A DNA stretch of 32,000 nt. It comes from Thermovibrio guaymasensis. Its GTDB lineage: Bacteria; Aquificota; Aquificia; Desulfurobacteriales; Desulfurobacteriaceae. The notes under the pieces were generated by a model that was given only the letters and a program-made list of their open reading frames with translations, was not told the DNA's origin and searched no databases. Shown here piece by piece: positions 1-8,633 of the stretch. The position numbers and the translations under genes were made by a program. Numbering within the stretch: the first letter of the stretch is position 1; each line of letters opens with the position of its first letter. The stretch spans positions 931,931 to 963,930 of the forward strand of contig NZ_RBIE01000001.1 of assembly GCF_003633715.1 (NCBI RefSeq), written 5' to 3'.

Positions 1-387
1 GTTGCCCTTGAGTGTATCAGGGAGTTTGAAGGAAGGGCAAGAGAAAAGGGAATAGAGATTATCCACAGTCTTAAAGACACCAACGTTCCAGCAGAGCCCA
101 CGCTCTTTAAACAGCTCCTTTTCAACCTAATTGATAACGCAGTGAAGTTTACAAAGAAGGGGAGGATAGAGGTTCAGCTAACCCACGAGTATTTAAAGGT
201 TTCAGATACAGGAATCGGAATAGATGAGGAAATCAAGGAAAGGGTTTTTGAAAAGTTCGTTAAGGGAAAAAGAAGCTCCGGCCAGGGAATAGGCCTCTCA
301 GTAGTAAAGGAGATAGTCAGGTTCCACGGCTGGAAAGTTGATTTTGAGAGCTCCCCAAAAGGAACGACCTTTACAGTTTACTTTTAA
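1..387 (+). CDS. Sensor histidine kinase, C-terminal HATPase_c fragment (5' end outside the window)
   Basis: Frame 1 is open from nt 1 (VALECIREFEGRAREKGIEI...). It carries an N-box LIDNAVKF, a G1 box DTGIGI and a G2 box GQGIGLSVV. Stop TAA at 385-387. Confidence 0.85.
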   Translation, partial: VALECIREFEGRAREKGIEIIHSLKDTNVPAEPTLFKQLLFNLIDNAVKFTKKGRIEVQLTHEYLKVSDTGIGIDEEIKERVFEKFVKGKRSSGQGIGLSVVKEIVRFHGWKVDFESSPKGTTFTVYF

Positions 388-1357
388 AGACCAAACCAAT
401 AATCTCAGATAGGAAGTCAAGGAAGTAAAAGAGCTTTAGGAAGTTCTCCTTCGTTCCAAACTTAACTGCAACGCCGTGGCCGATGGCGTGTCTGTTGAGA
501 ACTCCATCTTTATACTCAACAAAGGAGATATGGTTTAAAAAGGAAGGGAGCTCCTCTTGGCCGAAAACGTCCTGAAGGAGGAGTTTAGTAGCGTACTGAA
601 TAGTTACAAACTTCCTGTTCCTCTTCCTTATTAAGGCCTCAACGTCAGCCTCTAGAGTGTTCTCCTTAACGAAAGTATCCCAAATAACGCCTTCACACTG
701 GGGAAAAAGGCCGTAGATTGCAAGCTCAATACAGTTGAGAGAATAGGCTTTCAGTATGTCCTTTAAGATCTTTTCTCTCCTTTTAAAGGGTGGAAGCTTC
801 AGCCACCTCTCAAGCCTCCTTTCTAAAAAGTCAAGAGTTGAAACTTTTAAAATCCAATTTTTAAAGTCCTTTCCCTCAAAGGCATTGAGAATCTCTGAAG
901 GCAAAAGCCACTCCTTCCTGTAGAACTCCCTTAAAAGCTCCTCATCCTTTACTTTCAGCAGGTACTTAGAGGCAGCCTTTAAAAGGAGCTCCTCAAACTC
1001 CTCCCTCCAGTTCTTTAAGTTCTCCTCCCACTTACTCTCTACCTCTTCCCTCTCTTTAAGCTTAAAGGCCTTTCTAAGGGCGTTGTAGATGTTCTTTGAT
1101 CTTGAAGGGAAGAAGTAATCTTCTAGGGAATTTTCCTTCACTATCTCCTTTATCAACTCCCCGTGGTTCAGAGATTTAATCTCTTTCCTCTTTAGAGCTC
1201 CACCTGATAGGAGTTCAAGGAGGCGGAAGAAGAACTCCCTGGAGCTCCCCTCCTTCTCAGCCTCCTTCAAGACCTCAGAACTAACCTTAAGGCTTTTCAA
1301 GGACGTGGGTAGGGAGAACGAAGCAGACGAACTCTCCCCTAAAGACCTCCTCTCCAT
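371..1357 (-). CDS. Hypothetical protein: helical N-terminal region and C-terminal HEPN-like domain (R-x4-H motif NRHAIGHG)
   Basis: 328-aa ORF. The ATG at 1357 is preceded by GGAAGGAGAG. The C-terminus contains LNRHAIGHG, which fits the HEPN R-[NHD]-x3-H pattern, flanked by predicted helices. The 5' end overlaps the upstream thioesterase by 71 nt, so the start is uncertain (alternative TTG at 1270). Confidence 0.6.
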   Translation of the reverse strand: MERRSLGESSSASFSLPTSLKSLKVSSEVLKEAEKEGSSREFFFRLLELLSGGALKRKEIKSLNHGELIKEIVKENSLEDYFFPSRSKNIYNALRKAFKLKEREEVESKWEENLKNWREEFEELLLKAASKYLLKVKDEELLREFYRKEWLLPSEILNAFEGKDFKNWILKVSTLDFLERRLERWLKLPPFKRREKILKDILKAYSLNCIELAIYGLFPQCEGVIWDTFVKENTLEADVEALIRKRNRKFVTIQYATKLLLQDVFGQEELPSFLNHISFVEYKDGVLNRHAIGHGVAVKFGTKENFLKLFYFLDFLSEIIGLVFKSKL

Positions 1358-1676
1358 CTCTCCTTCCAGTAACTTCTACTACCCTTTTCTTACCTTCTGA
1401 TGAGACCAGTCTACCCTCAAACTCAACAGTCTCTCCAACCTTCACAGGCTTTAAAAACCTAACGGAAGCTCCGCCGAGAACGACGTTAGGGTGGTTAACC
1501 GTAAGCATTGCACAGTAATCGGCAGCGCTAAACAGGAAACCTCCGTGGACGAGGCCCTTTTCATCGGCAGCCATAACAGGAGTTGTTTTTAACTTTACAA
1601 CAGCCCTTCCATCTGAAAGGCAAACAGGCTCTCCGCTTAAACTCCTATCAATCCCAAGGTGAGTCTTAACCTCCAT
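1287..1676 (-). CDS. Hotdog-fold acyl-CoA thioesterase (PaaI-like)
   Basis: 129 aa. GLVHGGFLFSAADY followed by a VEFEGRLV...RGEFVCFV strand pattern is typical of PaaI/4HBT hotdog proteins. AGGAGG lies 4 nt upstream of the ATG. Confidence 0.8.
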   Translation of the reverse strand: MEVKTHLGIDRSLSGEPVCLSDGRAVVKLKTTPVMAADEKGLVHGGFLFSAADYCAMLTVNHPNVVLGGASVRFLKPVKVGETVEFEGRLVSSEGKKRVVEVTGRRDGEEVFRGEFVCFVLPTHVLEKP

Positions 1677-1684
1677 ACTTCCTC

Positions 1685-2278
1685 CTACTTGCAGTTCTTA
1701 ACGCAGTACCTGTAGGGAATTATCTTACCTCCACAAGAAGTAAAACAAGCATCGTACCTCTCCTTACAGCCACAGTCTGAAGGGCAGGAAGAGGATAGTT
1801 CCCTTATAATATCTGAAAGCTGAGGTTTCACCGGCCTTTCAGGAGGGGTGGGCTTAGTTTCACTTAAGGTCTGCAGGGCCTCTTCTAGGTCATCCCTCCT
1901 CTGGCAGGCGTAGTAGTCCTTGCCCTTCTTACACATCCTTTTAAAGTAGAGGTAGTCCTTATAGAGTTTCCTATAACTCCTGTTCCACTCAAGGAGCCTC
2001 CTCTGATAGGAAGAGTAGGCGTTCTGGTAGGCAGAGAGCTCCCTCTTGTAGTTCTTAAGCTCCTCCTTGTAGATATTCTCAGCACTCCTTCTAACTCTAT
2101 CCAAACACTCTTGCCTCTTACCCATACAGGAAAGCTCACAGGACGTTAACTCTTCCTTACACTTACTCAAACACTCCCTATTGTCGGCAGGAGGTTCGTA
2201 CCTGTAGGAAACTGCAAACTCAGGCCCTCCACAGCCTAAGATAAAGGGAAAGAGGAAAATCAGAAGCCTTTTAACCAT
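1685..2278 (-). CDS. Cysteine-rich (Cx3C repeat) lipoprotein, function unknown
   Basis: The internal ATG at 2278 is preferred over the ORF-track start at 2476, which would run across the prfA start. AGGAGG at 2284-2289 lies 5 nt upstream. The signal peptide MVKRLLIFLFPFILGC has a lipobox-like ILGC. The mature part has 15 Cys, including five Cx3C pairs. Confidence 0.7.
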   Translation of the reverse strand: MVKRLLIFLFPFILGCGGPEFAVSYRYEPPADNRECLSKCKEELTSCELSCMGKRQECLDRVRRSAENIYKEELKNYKRELSAYQNAYSSYQRRLLEWNRSYRKLYKDYLYFKRMCKKGKDYYACQRRDDLEEALQTLSETKPTPPERPVKPQLSDIIRELSSSCPSDCGCKERYDACFTSCGGKIIPYRYCVKNCK

Positions 2279-2321
2279 GAAGTCCTCCTTAGTTGAAATA
2301 GGAAAAAGATCGGCTAACTTA

Positions 2322-2350
2322 ATTAAAACAAAATCTAATGGGGTAAACAA
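2322..2350 (-). promoter_or_regulatory. Putative sigma-70-type promoter for the lipoprotein-thioesterase-HEPN-like operon
   Basis: The minus strand reads TTGTTT (2350-2345), a 17-nt spacer, then TTTAAT (2327-2322), about 40 nt upstream of the ATG at 2278. Pattern match only. Confidence 0.3.
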
Positions 2351-3439
2351 ATGGAAAAGGCAATTGAGAATAGGCTGGAAAAGATTGCCGAGAAGTTTAG
2401 AGAAATAGAGGAAAACCTTGGTAAACCTGAAGTTATTTCGGACCAGAAGAGGTTCCAGGCCCTTGCAAGGGAACACAAGGAACTTCAGCCTATATACGAA
2501 ACTTACATGGAGTACAAGAAAGTTAAAAAGGGAATAGAGGAAGCCTTAGAGATAATAGATACTGCTGAGGATGAGGAGTTCGTTGAACTTGCAAAGGAGG
2601 AGAAGAAGGAGCTTGAAAGCAGAGCTGAAGAGCTTGAATCGGAGTTAAAGAAACTCCTAATCCCGAAAGACCCTAACGATGAGAAGAACGTAATCCTTGA
2701 AATCAGGGCAGGTGCAGGGGGAGAGGAAGCTGCACTCTTTGCCCAGGAGCTCTTTAGAATGTATTCCCGATACGCCGAGAGGAAAGGCTGGAAGGTTGAA
2801 ATCCTCTCGCTCAACGAAACCGGCCTTGGAGGTTTTAAAGAAGTAGTTGCAATGATCTCAGGAAAGGGAGCTTACTCAAGGCTTAAGTACGAGTCAGGAG
2901 TTCACAGGGTCCAGAGGGTTCCCGTTACAGAATCGGGAGGAAGGATCCACACATCAACTGCAACGGTTGCAATCCTCCCAGAGGCTGAAGAGGTTGACGT
3001 TGAGATAAACGAGAAGGACTTAAAGATTGATACCTACCGCTCATCAGGAGCCGGAGGACAGCACGTAAACACAACAGACTCTGCAGTAAGGATTACCCAC
3101 ATACCTACCGGAATAGTAGTTACATGCTCAAATGAACGCTCACAGATACAGAACAGGATAAAGGCAATGAAAATCCTAAGGGCCAGGCTTAAAGAGCTCT
3201 ACGAAAGACAGCAGAAAGAAAAGTTAGACTCTGCAAGGAGGAGTCAAGTAGGAACCGGTGATAGGAGCGAGAAGATCAGAACTTACAACTTCCCAGAGGG
3301 AAGAGTAACGGACCACAGGATTAAACTAACACTGTACAACCTCCAGGAGTTCCTTGACGGAGAACTTGACGAAATGATTGACGCCCTTGCTGCAGCAGAG
3401 CAGGAGAAGAAGATAGAGGCCCTCTCAAAAGAGGGTTAA
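2351..3439 (+). CDS. prfA: Peptide chain release factor 1
   Basis: 362 aa. It has the RF1-specific tripeptide P-V-T ([10 protein letters not shown]), the GGQ motif ([19 protein letters not shown]) and a typical RF1 N-terminus. Confidence 0.97.
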   Translation: MEKAIENRLEKIAEKFREIEENLGKPEVISDQKRFQALAREHKELQPIYETYMEYKKVKKGIEEALEIIDTAEDEEFVELAKEEKKELESRAEELESELKKLLIPKDPNDEKNVILEIRAGAGGEEAALFAQELFRMYSRYAERKGWKVEILSLNETGLGGFKEVVAMISGKGAYSRLKYESGVHRVQRVPVTESGGRIHTSTATVAILPEAEEVDVEINEKDLKIDTYRSSGAGGQHVNTTDSAVRITHIPTGIVVTCSNERSQIQNRIKAMKILRARLKELYERQQKEKLDSARRSQVGTGDRSEKIRTYNFPEGRVTDHRIKLTLYNLQEFLDGELDEMIDALAAAEQEKKIEALSKEG

Positions 3440-3448
3440 TTAAATTGT

Positions 3449-3475
3449 TTGAATTATAAAGTTTTTATCTATAAT
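3449..3475 (+). promoter_or_regulatory. Putative sigma-70-type promoter for the radical SAM-hemE operon
   Basis: TTGAAT (3449-3454) and TATAAT (3470-3475) lie in the AT-rich 67-nt gap. The 15-nt spacer is short (a TAATAT alternative gives 17 nt). AAGGAG lies 7 nt before the ATG at 3507. Confidence 0.35.
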
Positions 3476-3506
3476 ATCCCTTTTAAATTCCTTCAAGGAG
3501 AAATAA

Positions 3507-4637
3507 ATGGCACAGAGAGAGGAGTTCCTTCCAAAGTGGATAGCCTGGGAAATAACGAGGCGCTGTAACTTAAAGTGTATTCACTGCCGCTCTTCCTCAA
3601 CCATAGAGTCTGAGCAGGGAGACTTCTCAACCGAAGACGGAAAGAAGCTCCTTGAAGATATAGCGAAAATCTCAAAGCCGACCATCGTCTTAACTGGAGG
3701 AGAGCCCCTTTTAAGGGAAGATATATGGGAACTTGCCCAGTACGGAACCGACCTTGGATTTAGGATGTGTATAGCTACGAACGGAACTCTCGTTGACGAT
3801 GAAGTCTGTAAAAAGATGAAGGAAGTCGGAATAAAAATGGTCTCCCTCTCCCTTGACGGCTCAACTCCTGAAATTCACGACGACTTCAGGAAACAGCCGG
3901 GAGCCTACGAAGGAGTTATTAAAGCAGCAGAGCTCTTTAACAAGCACGGAATACCCTTTCTAATAAACTCCTCCTTTACAAAGAGGAACGCCCACGACAT
4001 TCCCAACGTATACAAAAAGGCAAGGGAGCTTGGAGCAAAGGCTTGGTACATGTTCATAGTTTTGCCGGTTGGAAGGGGAGAAGAGGCAAACGCAGAGCTC
4101 CTTGATGAGAAGGAAGCTGAATACTGGCTCAACTGGCACTACGAATTAGAGAAAGAACTGATTTTGAAGGGAGACAATACAATCTTAGTCCGCCCGACCT
4201 GTGCCCCCCACTACTACCGAATCTTCTACCAGAACGCAAAGAGGGACGGCCTTGACCTAAAGAGGAGAAACCTCGTTTTTGGAACGGGCGGAGGAAAGGG
4301 CTGTGTTGCAGGACAGTCAATTGCCTACATAGACTGCCACGGTTGGCTCAGACCGTGCAGCTACTTTCCAAATTCCGATATAAACGTCTTTGAAGTCCCC
4401 TTCCACGAGGCCTGGTTTAAGTCAAAAATCATGCAGGACATGAGGAAAGTTGAGGAGTACAAAGGCAGGTGCGGAGTTTGTGAGTACGTAAAAATCTGTA
4501 ACGGCTGTAGGGTAAGGGCCTACTGGAAGTACGGTGACTACATGCAGGAAGACCCAATATGCAACTACATCCCGGTAAAAATGAGGCTCGGTGCAGGAAG
4601 TAAAACAGCAGTTTCCCAAACTAAAAAAGAGGATTAG
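3507..4637 (+). CDS. Radical SAM/SPASM-domain protein, NirJ/AhbD-like
   Basis: Contains the radical SAM cluster motif CNLKCIHC (CxxxCxxC), a GGEPLL SAM-binding motif, and a C-terminal Cys-rich auxiliary-cluster region [18 protein letters not shown]. Confidence 0.85.
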   Translation: MAQREEFLPKWIAWEITRRCNLKCIHCRSSSTIESEQGDFSTEDGKKLLEDIAKISKPTIVLTGGEPLLREDIWELAQYGTDLGFRMCIATNGTLVDDEVCKKMKEVGIKMVSLSLDGSTPEIHDDFRKQPGAYEGVIKAAELFNKHGIPFLINSSFTKRNAHDIPNVYKKARELGAKAWYMFIVLPVGRGEEANAELLDEKEAEYWLNWHYELEKELILKGDNTILVRPTCAPHYYRIFYQNAKRDGLDLKRRNLVFGTGGGKGCVAGQSIAYIDCHGWLRPCSYFPNSDINVFEVPFHEAWFKSKIMQDMRKVEEYKGRCGVCEYVKICNGCRVRAYWKYGDYMQEDPICNYIPVKMRLGAGSKTAVSQTKKED

Positions 4638-4646
4638 GAGAAGGAA

Positions 4647-5693
4647 ATGTCAATTAAAGAGCACCCAATCCTAAAGGCAGCAAGGGGAGAGAAAACTCCT
4701 TACACGCCTATCTGGATTATGAGACAGGCAGGCAGGTACTCCGAAAGGTACAGGAAGATTAGGAAGAAGGCCGGAAGTTTTATGGACCTTTGCAAAAACC
4801 CCAAACTTGCTGCAGAGGTTACCTTAATACCTATTGAGGAAATCGGAGTAGATGCTGCTATCCTCTTTTCAGACATACTCGTTCCCGTTGAGAAGATGGG
4901 AATAGGAGTAAAGTTCGTTGAGGGGAAAGGGCCCATCCTTGAACCTAAGGTTGAGAGCGTAGACGACGTAAAGAAACTAAAAGTTCCAGAACCTGAAAGA
5001 GACCTACCATACGTCCTTGAGACGATAGAGCTAATTAAGGAGAGGTTAACCGATAGGCCCTTGATAGGTTTTTCCGGAGCTCCCTTTACCTTAGCAAGCT
5101 ACATACTAGAAGGGGGGAGCTCTAAGAACTACATAGCCGCAAAGTCAACGATGTGGAACGAACCGAAGCTCTGGGAAAGTTTAATGGACAAACTGGCTCA
5201 GACAGTAACAGAGTATCTCTCTGCACAGATTAGGGCAGGCGTAGACTTGGTTCAAATCTTTGACTCTTGGATGGGAGTCCTTTCAAAGGAGGACTACGAA
5301 AAGTACGCATTTCCTTACACTCAGAGGATAGTTAACGAGCTAAAAAAGAGGCACCCTGAGACTCCGATAATCCACTTCGGAGTAAACGCCCAGCACCTTT
5401 TAGAGGTAAACAACCGCCTAAACGTTGACGTAATCGGCCTTGACTGGAAGATCGAAATCCCCGAAGCCCTCGCAAAAATTGACAAGTCAATTCAAGGAAA
5501 CCTTGACCCGGTAGCCCTCTTTACCGACGAGAAGTTAATTGAGAGTAAAGTAAGGAAAATCCTTGAAGAGGGTCTAAAGGCCAAGGGACACATATTCAAC
5601 CTAGGACACGGCATTTTGCCACCTACAGACCCCAAAAAGGCAAAATACCTAGTTGACACGGTTCACAGAATCAGTAGGGAGCTCAGAAGTTAA
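4647..5693 (+). CDS. hemE: Uroporphyrinogen decarboxylase
   Basis: 348 aa with the signature PIWIMRQAGRY near the N-terminus and typical HemE length. It starts 9 nt after the radical SAM gene. Confidence 0.95.
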   Translation: MSIKEHPILKAARGEKTPYTPIWIMRQAGRYSERYRKIRKKAGSFMDLCKNPKLAAEVTLIPIEEIGVDAAILFSDILVPVEKMGIGVKFVEGKGPILEPKVESVDDVKKLKVPEPERDLPYVLETIELIKERLTDRPLIGFSGAPFTLASYILEGGSSKNYIAAKSTMWNEPKLWESLMDKLAQTVTEYLSAQIRAGVDLVQIFDSWMGVLSKEDYEKYAFPYTQRIVNELKKRHPETPIIHFGVNAQHLLEVNNRLNVDVIGLDWKIEIPEALAKIDKSIQGNLDPVALFTDEKLIESKVRKILEEGLKAKGHIFNLGHGILPPTDPKKAKYLVDTVHRISRELRS

Positions 5694-5694
5694 A

Positions 5695-6588
5695 ATGGAG
5701 AGGAAGGCAAAGTTAATCTTAACGGCTCTCCTCTTTGTGGGAGCCGTTGTTTCCAGCTACTTTGCCGTTGAAACTTATGCAAACTACACTTTAGAGAAGA
5801 AGTTTGCCAACAGGCTCTCAAAACTCCCCCTTTACGCTTCTTACAGGAAGTTCCACTACAACTTATTGAAGAACGACGTTGAGATAGATGACTTAACTTT
5901 TAAAGACAGCAGAACCTATATCTGCGTTGGAAAGCTTTACATAGACTTACCGTTTACAGCTAGGAAGAAGGAGGTTCCGCAGGCCTTCTCAGTTAAAGCT
6001 GAAGACCTTGAGCTCCCTTCCGACTTTCTCGGCTTTAGAGAACTTTTAAGGTTCGTCGGGTACAGAAACCCTTTTGTAACTGTTAACTTTGTCTCAAGTT
6101 ACAGTTTTAAAGGTAACAGCATTGAAGTCTCCTCAACTGCAGTGGCAAGGAGGTTGGGAGGTATAAACCTAGAGCTCAAGCTTGAAGGGATAGATAGAAA
6201 GCTAACTCAGGAATTCCTTGAAGGGAGAATTCCCGTAAGGTACATTGAAGAGAAGGGAGCTCTTAAGGAGTTTAAGCTAACCTATAAGGACTTCGGCCTC
6301 TTCCAGCAGTTCCTCAGCTTCGTTGGCTCACAGGAAGGCCAAAAGCCAGATAAGGTGAAAGAGGAACTAAAGAGAAGTATTGTCCAAGCAATCAGAAGGA
6401 GAGGCGAAATTGCTGAAAGAGTAGGGCTACCACTCCTCCTTTTCGTTGACAACCCTGACTGCTTAAAAGTGGAAGTAAAACCTCCATTTCCGATAAAAAT
6501 TTCTCAGCTGGTAGATATGGCATCTAAGAGGCCAAAAGTGGAGGAGATAATAAAAACCTTAAACTTAAGATTGACAACCTGCAATTAA
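5695..6588 (+). CDS. Hypothetical membrane-anchored protein
   Basis: The ATG at 5695 lies 1 nt after the hemE stop and is preferred over the ORF-track start at 5653 inside hemE. There is an N-terminal TM helix LILTALLFVGAVVSSYFAV. I do not recognise a family. Confidence 0.6.
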   Translation: MERKAKLILTALLFVGAVVSSYFAVETYANYTLEKKFANRLSKLPLYASYRKFHYNLLKNDVEIDDLTFKDSRTYICVGKLYIDLPFTARKKEVPQAFSVKAEDLELPSDFLGFRELLRFVGYRNPFVTVNFVSSYSFKGNSIEVSSTAVARRLGGINLELKLEGIDRKLTQEFLEGRIPVRYIEEKGALKEFKLTYKDFGLFQQFLSFVGSQEGQKPDKVKEELKRSIVQAIRRRGEIAERVGLPLLLFVDNPDCLKVEVKPPFPIKISQLVDMASKRPKVEEIIKTLNLRLTTCN

Positions 6589-6911
6589 CCTTTTGAAGAC
6601 TTATACTTCCTAAACCTCTTCTTCATCTCCTCAATTGGAATCGGCCTTGCAACCACACTCTTTGCAGGACAGACATTTTCACAGTGACGGCAACCGCTGC
6701 ATATCTCCGGGAAATCTGGAACAATTTTCCCTTCCTCGTCAATACCCCTAGTCTCACAGAGGTTTAAACACCTCTCACAGTGTTCACACTTACTGTAGTC
6801 AATTGAATCAAGGTAGCTGGGAGTATAGAGAATCCCCCCTAGAGTTAAGTAGGCGTAGTTTCCGTTTTCATCAGAGAGTAAATCCTCTTCCCTTACGTCT
6901 AATTCCTCCAA
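6585..6911 (-). CDS. 4Fe-4S dicluster ferredoxin-domain protein
   Basis: Two cluster motifs, CEHCERCLNLCE and CSGCRHCENVCP. TTG start at 6911 without a clear SD, so the start is uncertain. Confidence 0.7.
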   Translation of the reverse strand: MEELDVREEDLLSDENGNYAYLTLGGILYTPSYLDSIDYSKCEHCERCLNLCETRGIDEEGKIVPDFPEICSGCRHCENVCPAKSVVARPIPIEEMKKRFRKYKSSKG

Positions 6912-6932
6912 ACTGGAGGAACAGTTAACTCC

Positions 6933-7184
6933 TCACAAGAATGCATCTTCGGGACAGACAATCTTGCAGAATCCGTCTCCTATACACAGCTCCAACTTCG
7001 TTATTACTGCAACCTTTTTACCTTCAACCTCTTTAAGCTCTATACAGTTTTGAGGACATACCTCAACACACTCACTACAACCTGTACACTTTTCAATGTT
7101 AATTCCACCGGGATACTGGGGAACAAAGGGTGAACCATCCTGACACAGAATTACCCTTTTCCTCGGCCTCTTAAGTTCGCTCAT
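6933..7184 (-). CDS. Small ferredoxin (one canonical 4Fe-4S motif plus a variant second motif)
   Basis: 83 aa. CTGCSECVEVCP is canonical. CIGDGFCKIVCP (C-x5-C-x3-CP) lacks one Cys of the usual pattern. Confidence 0.75.
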   Translation of the reverse strand: MSELKRPRKRVILCQDGSPFVPQYPGGINIEKCTGCSECVEVCPQNCIELKEVEGKKVAVITKLELCIGDGFCKIVCPEDAFL

Positions 7185-7271
7185 AATCCAACCTTTAGCA
7201 TAAAAAGTAGATTACAGTATAACTAATTTTAATAAATTGCAGAATACAAATATAGCATTGATTATTATCAA

Positions 7272-8633
7272 TTAGAGCTCAATACCAAGTTCCCTTATCT
7301 TCTTCCTCAGAGTGTTCCTATGAATACCGAGAACTTTAGAGGCCTTAACTTGGTTGAAGTTACACCTTCTCAGAACTTCTGTTATTAAGATCCTCTCTGC
7401 ACTTTCAATGACAACTCTATAGAGGTTATTTTCCTCCTTCTGCTCAACAGTAAATACCCTCTGGATGAAGGAGCGAATCGCCTCCTCAAAACTTGGAGCT
7501 CCACCCTCCCTAACAGAACCTTTCAAATCTGAAGCGGTTATGAAGTCTGAAGAGGAGAGGACCATAGCCCTCAAAATCATATTTTCAAGCTCTCTAACGT
7601 TGCCGGGAAAGTGGTAGGCCATCAGGAAATCAACAGCTTCTTCAGAAAGCTCTTTGAGAGGAAGCTTAAACTCGTTAGAAAACTTCCTGATAAAATGGTA
7701 GGCAAGGGGAATAACGTCCTCTTTCCTCTCCCTTAGAGGAGGTATTTCAACCTTAACAACGTTGAGCCTGAAGTAGAGGTCCTCTCTAAACTTCCCCCTC
7801 CTTACTTCCTCTTCAAGGTCCCTGTTGGTTGCAGCAACTACCCTTACATCAACTTTTTTAGTCCTTTCAGAACCTATCCTCCTGATTTCCTTATCCTGTA
7901 GGACCCGAAGGAGCTTTGCCTGAAGCTCTAAAGGAAGTTCCCCAATCTCATCAAGGAAAAGGGTTCCTCCGTCTGCCTGCTCAAAGAGCCCTCTCCTAGA
8001 GGAAAGGGCTCCAGTGAAGGCTCCCTTTTCGTACCCAAAGAGCTCTGCCTCAAGGAGGTTTGGAGGAAGTGCAGCACAGTTAACGGCAACAAAAGGTTTA
8101 TCCTTCCTATCAGAATACCTATGGATAGCTTTTGCAATGACCTCCTTTCCCGTACCGCTCTCTCCAGTTATTAAAACTGTTATTGAGCTCCTTGCAACTT
8201 TGCCCACCAGCTTGAAGATCTCCTGCATCTTTTTGGAGCTCCCAACAACCTCCCCCTCCGAAACGAAAGAGTAATCTTCAACCTTCTCTCTCTTTAAAAA
8301 CTTATCCAGAACCTGAGAAATCTCCTCAAAGGAGAAGGGCTTCGTTATGTACTCAACTGCCCCCCTCTCAATGGCTCTAACCGTATAGTCCACCGTTCCG
8401 TAAGCTGTCAAAATAACAATAGGAACTTCCTTAACCCTCTCCAAAATTTCAAGGCCGGAGAGTTTGGGCATTTTTATATCAACAAAGGCAACGTCAACTT
8501 CACCTTTCTCAAGTATGGAGAGGGCCTCCTGGCCGTTTTCTGCCTCAACAACTTGGTGCCCTTTACTCTGAAGGTACTTCCTTAAAACCAGCCTTATACT
8601 CCTTTCATCGTCAGCAACTAAGATCCTTGCCAT
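7272..8633 (-). CDS. Sigma-54-dependent response regulator (NtrC family: receiver + AAA+ + Fis-type HTH)
   Basis: Receiver domain (ILVADDE...DIKMP), Walker A GESGTGKE, GAFTGA loop (EKGAFTGA), Walker B LFLDEIGE, and a C-terminal HTH ASKVLGIHRNTLRKKIRELGI. Confidence 0.93.
   Translation of the reverse strand: MARILVADDERSIRLVLRKYLQSKGHQVVEAENGQEALSILEKGEVDVAFVDIKMPKLSGLEILERVKEVPIVILTAYGTVDYTVRAIERGAVEYITKPFSFEEISQVLDKFLKREKVEDYSFVSEGEVVGSSKKMQEIFKLVGKVARSSITVLITGESGTGKEVIAKAIHRYSDRKDKPFVAVNCAALPPNLLEAELFGYEKGAFTGALSSRRGLFEQADGGTLFLDEIGELPLELQAKLLRVLQDKEIRRIGSERTKKVDVRVVAATNRDLEEEVRRGKFREDLYFRLNVVKVEIPPLRERKEDVIPLAYHFIRKFSNEFKLPLKELSEEAVDFLMAYHFPGNVRELENMILRAMVLSSSDFITASDLKGSVREGGAPSFEEAIRSFIQRVFTVEQKEENNLYRVVIESAERILITEVLRRCNFNQVKASKVLGIHRNTLRKKIRELGIEL

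Noticed and set aside
59-67. Perfect DnaA-box-like 9-mer TTATCCACA.
   Set aside because: It is a single copy inside the histidine kinase coding sequence, with no cluster of boxes, AT-rich unwinding element or dnaA/dnaN nearby. A chance occurrence in 64 kb of two-strand sequence is plausible.
2279-2476. N-terminal extension of the lipoprotein ORF (track start 2476), which would overlap the prfA start and promoter region.
   Set aside because: The internal ATG at 2278 has a perfect AGGAGG at 5-nt spacing and yields a textbook lipoprotein signal peptide. The extension has no such support.
2351-3439. Possible programmed +1 frameshift of the release factor gene.
   Set aside because: That feature belongs to prfB (RF2). 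This gene is RF1 (PVT tripeptide) and is a single uninterrupted ORF.
7185-7271. Expected sigma-54 promoter or enhancer site downstream of the NtrC-like gene and upstream of the ferredoxins.
   Set aside because: Reading the minus strand base by base, I found no GG-N10-GC arrangement resembling TGGCAC-N5-TTGC. There is only AT-rich sequence with weak sigma-70-like hexamers.
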